From Toensbergia leucococca (Eukaryota), in the NCBI GenBank assembly GCA_022813965.1, contig JALDZS010000039.1:124001-149962 (forward strand): a stretch of DNA of 25,962 bases, read 5' to 3'. This document shows, one piece after another, positions 24,170 through 25,962 of this stretch. The position numbers and the translations under genes were made by a program. Each line of letters begins with the position of its first letter. Within the stretch, counting starts at the first letter, position 1. Under the pieces are notes generated by a model. The model was not told where the DNA came from. It saw only the letters and a program-made list of their open reading frames with translations, and did no database searches.

Positions 24170-25962
24170 TTGTAATGAAGGGGGAGGGCGACCGTTGGTG
24201 GAGTCTGAAAAGGAAGAGCTTTATCTTACACGGGCCAGATCTACATTCAAGTCAATTGCATAAACCATCAATACAGGATGACTGCTTGTTGATGAGGAAT
24301 GCTCATAGGTAGGCTCCGGGCGCCTGAGACGACGCGTGAATGGCGCTAGAATAAGCGTTTTTTCCGACTGACAGGACACTCCTTTGAGCCAAGTCTCTTG
24401 CTGAAAACCCAATTGTCGACTCCGACTTCGAACGTATGCTCGACGAAATAGCCCTGTATCTATTCAGCAATATATCAGTCACAGCAAGGAAGCAGGCTCC
24501 AAGAAGTGCGCAGGAGCGTGCTTTGAAGGGACCCGATGCATAGTCGATCTCCTTACGTTCATTTCCCCTCTACACTAGCTTCAGCAGAGTGGATCCCTCT
24601 TCGACCCGATAGACGGAGTATTCCCTTTTCTTTTTCTCTTCAACTTTAAGCAAGGCGCCTAAAACTGTTGGTGCAAGTACTCAACATGAACATCAATCGG
24701 CAAAATAATTACCGGACATATAAGTAGTAGCCATACTGCTTACGCGTCTAATCGGTTCAAAAATAAATGAGGTCTGTTAGGAAAATCAAGATGTTTGGGG
24801 AGCGAGGAGAGAGGTAGGTACAGAAGATGAAGTATAGAGAAACAGGGAAACCGAGAGTCTTTTCTGTAGCCATAATAGGGGGCAAAAGGTCCCATGCATT
24901 AGGTGGTAGTTTTGGCTATGGAGTGCCATTGAATAGATGCACCATCCACCAAAAATACAGTGAGGCTGTGCTCGAGCTGGCCTGAAGTAATTCAAGTTGA
25001 AGTTATGCTATCACCTGGATAAAATCTTTGTTCTTTTGTCATGGCGAACGGTTGGTCGTTGAAATGTCAGCGAATAGAGGTCTAGCACTACCAAACCAAA
25101 CTCAATGTCATGGTTGAAGATGCACCGTAAGTGAGATTTTGGTTTTCGAAATCGCTATCTAGGCCCTGTCATCTAAATTCACCTCACTCTCACTGCAGTT
25201 AGATTCAGCGTGTGCAAAACCTTCTGTGAAATCCCTTTGCTAGCGGGTGACACTCAGCTCAAAGTCTAGTATTGACTTGTTGGTAGGTGAGTGAAGGTAA
25301 GCGAATACATAAAGCTGATTAGGGTGTGATATGAATACTGAGGGACTTACCTATGAACATTGTCTCGAAGCTTCATAACCTGACTGAGTAGCAATTTCTC
25401 TAGGTAGTGTGCAGAAAACCATAGTGACTTCTCTAATAAAATTCATCAATTTCAGTAAAGCAGTAATGAAACTTAAAATACAGCGTCTGGTATGTAAACC
25501 TTGTAATACTCTGATACTATTCTTGACAGTAATAAATTAGCTTAGAATTTCCTAGCAGTCATGAAGATACCTTATGAGAGGTAGGAGGCTTAGCATAGCC
25601 CAGTCAGGACGGCCAAGACGGGACAATTTTTGGTTAGATGACAATTGTACGGCTGCAGCATCAGAGTAGATCTCTACAACTTCAACCCCGCAAAAGAAGT
25701 ACGCATTCGACCACGCTGTTCCTGCCATCTCGGAGAAAGCCCAAACGTGAAGGTGCATCTGCACCCCAGAAAACTTCCAAGAGGGGGGTTTGGAAAAAAT
25801 AGTGGTAGATTGTGCTTGCAGGTTGCACTCATGCACGTACCTGCATTGTGCAGATGAGACAATCGATCGAACGGAATGCATGATGCAGGAGCATGGTTCT
25901 CGCTTTGAGCTAATATAGCTCTGGCCAAGCATGGGAAACTTCGAGATAGCAGACAACTCCTA

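Noticed and set aside
25552..25956. ORFs at the right end (134 aa on minus and overlapping frames)
   Set aside because: No recognisable motifs or splice structure; may be spurious or part of something beyond the window edge.

Overview
Eukaryotic, intron-containing DNA from a filamentous ascomycete (Pezizomycotina). The homopolymer-rich intergenic style resembles lichen-forming lineages, but that is inference. Seven gene models can be read by hand: an MFS transporter (-), a CFEM-less PTH11-type rhodopsin-domain membrane protein (+), an NLR-like NACHT-ankyrin protein ending in a SPRY domain (+), CPSF100/Cft2 (+), an intronless proline-rich hypothetical protein (+), a copper amine oxidase ending in SKL (+), and a cytosolic CE4/NodB-homology deacetylase of the PuuE/HpPgdA type (+). 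There is also an F-box pseudogene with an open 5' part and a decayed 3' part (-), a possible 70-aa small gene near the left end, and minor repeats. The main items for follow-up are the NACHT-ANK-SPRY architecture, the deacetylase/amine oxidase pair, the atypical splice sites of the deacetylase (one GC donor, three AAG acceptors), and the half-decayed F-box gene. No tRNA, rRNA, CRISPR array or recognisable transposon was found. All exon coordinates are manual predictions, not transcript-verified.
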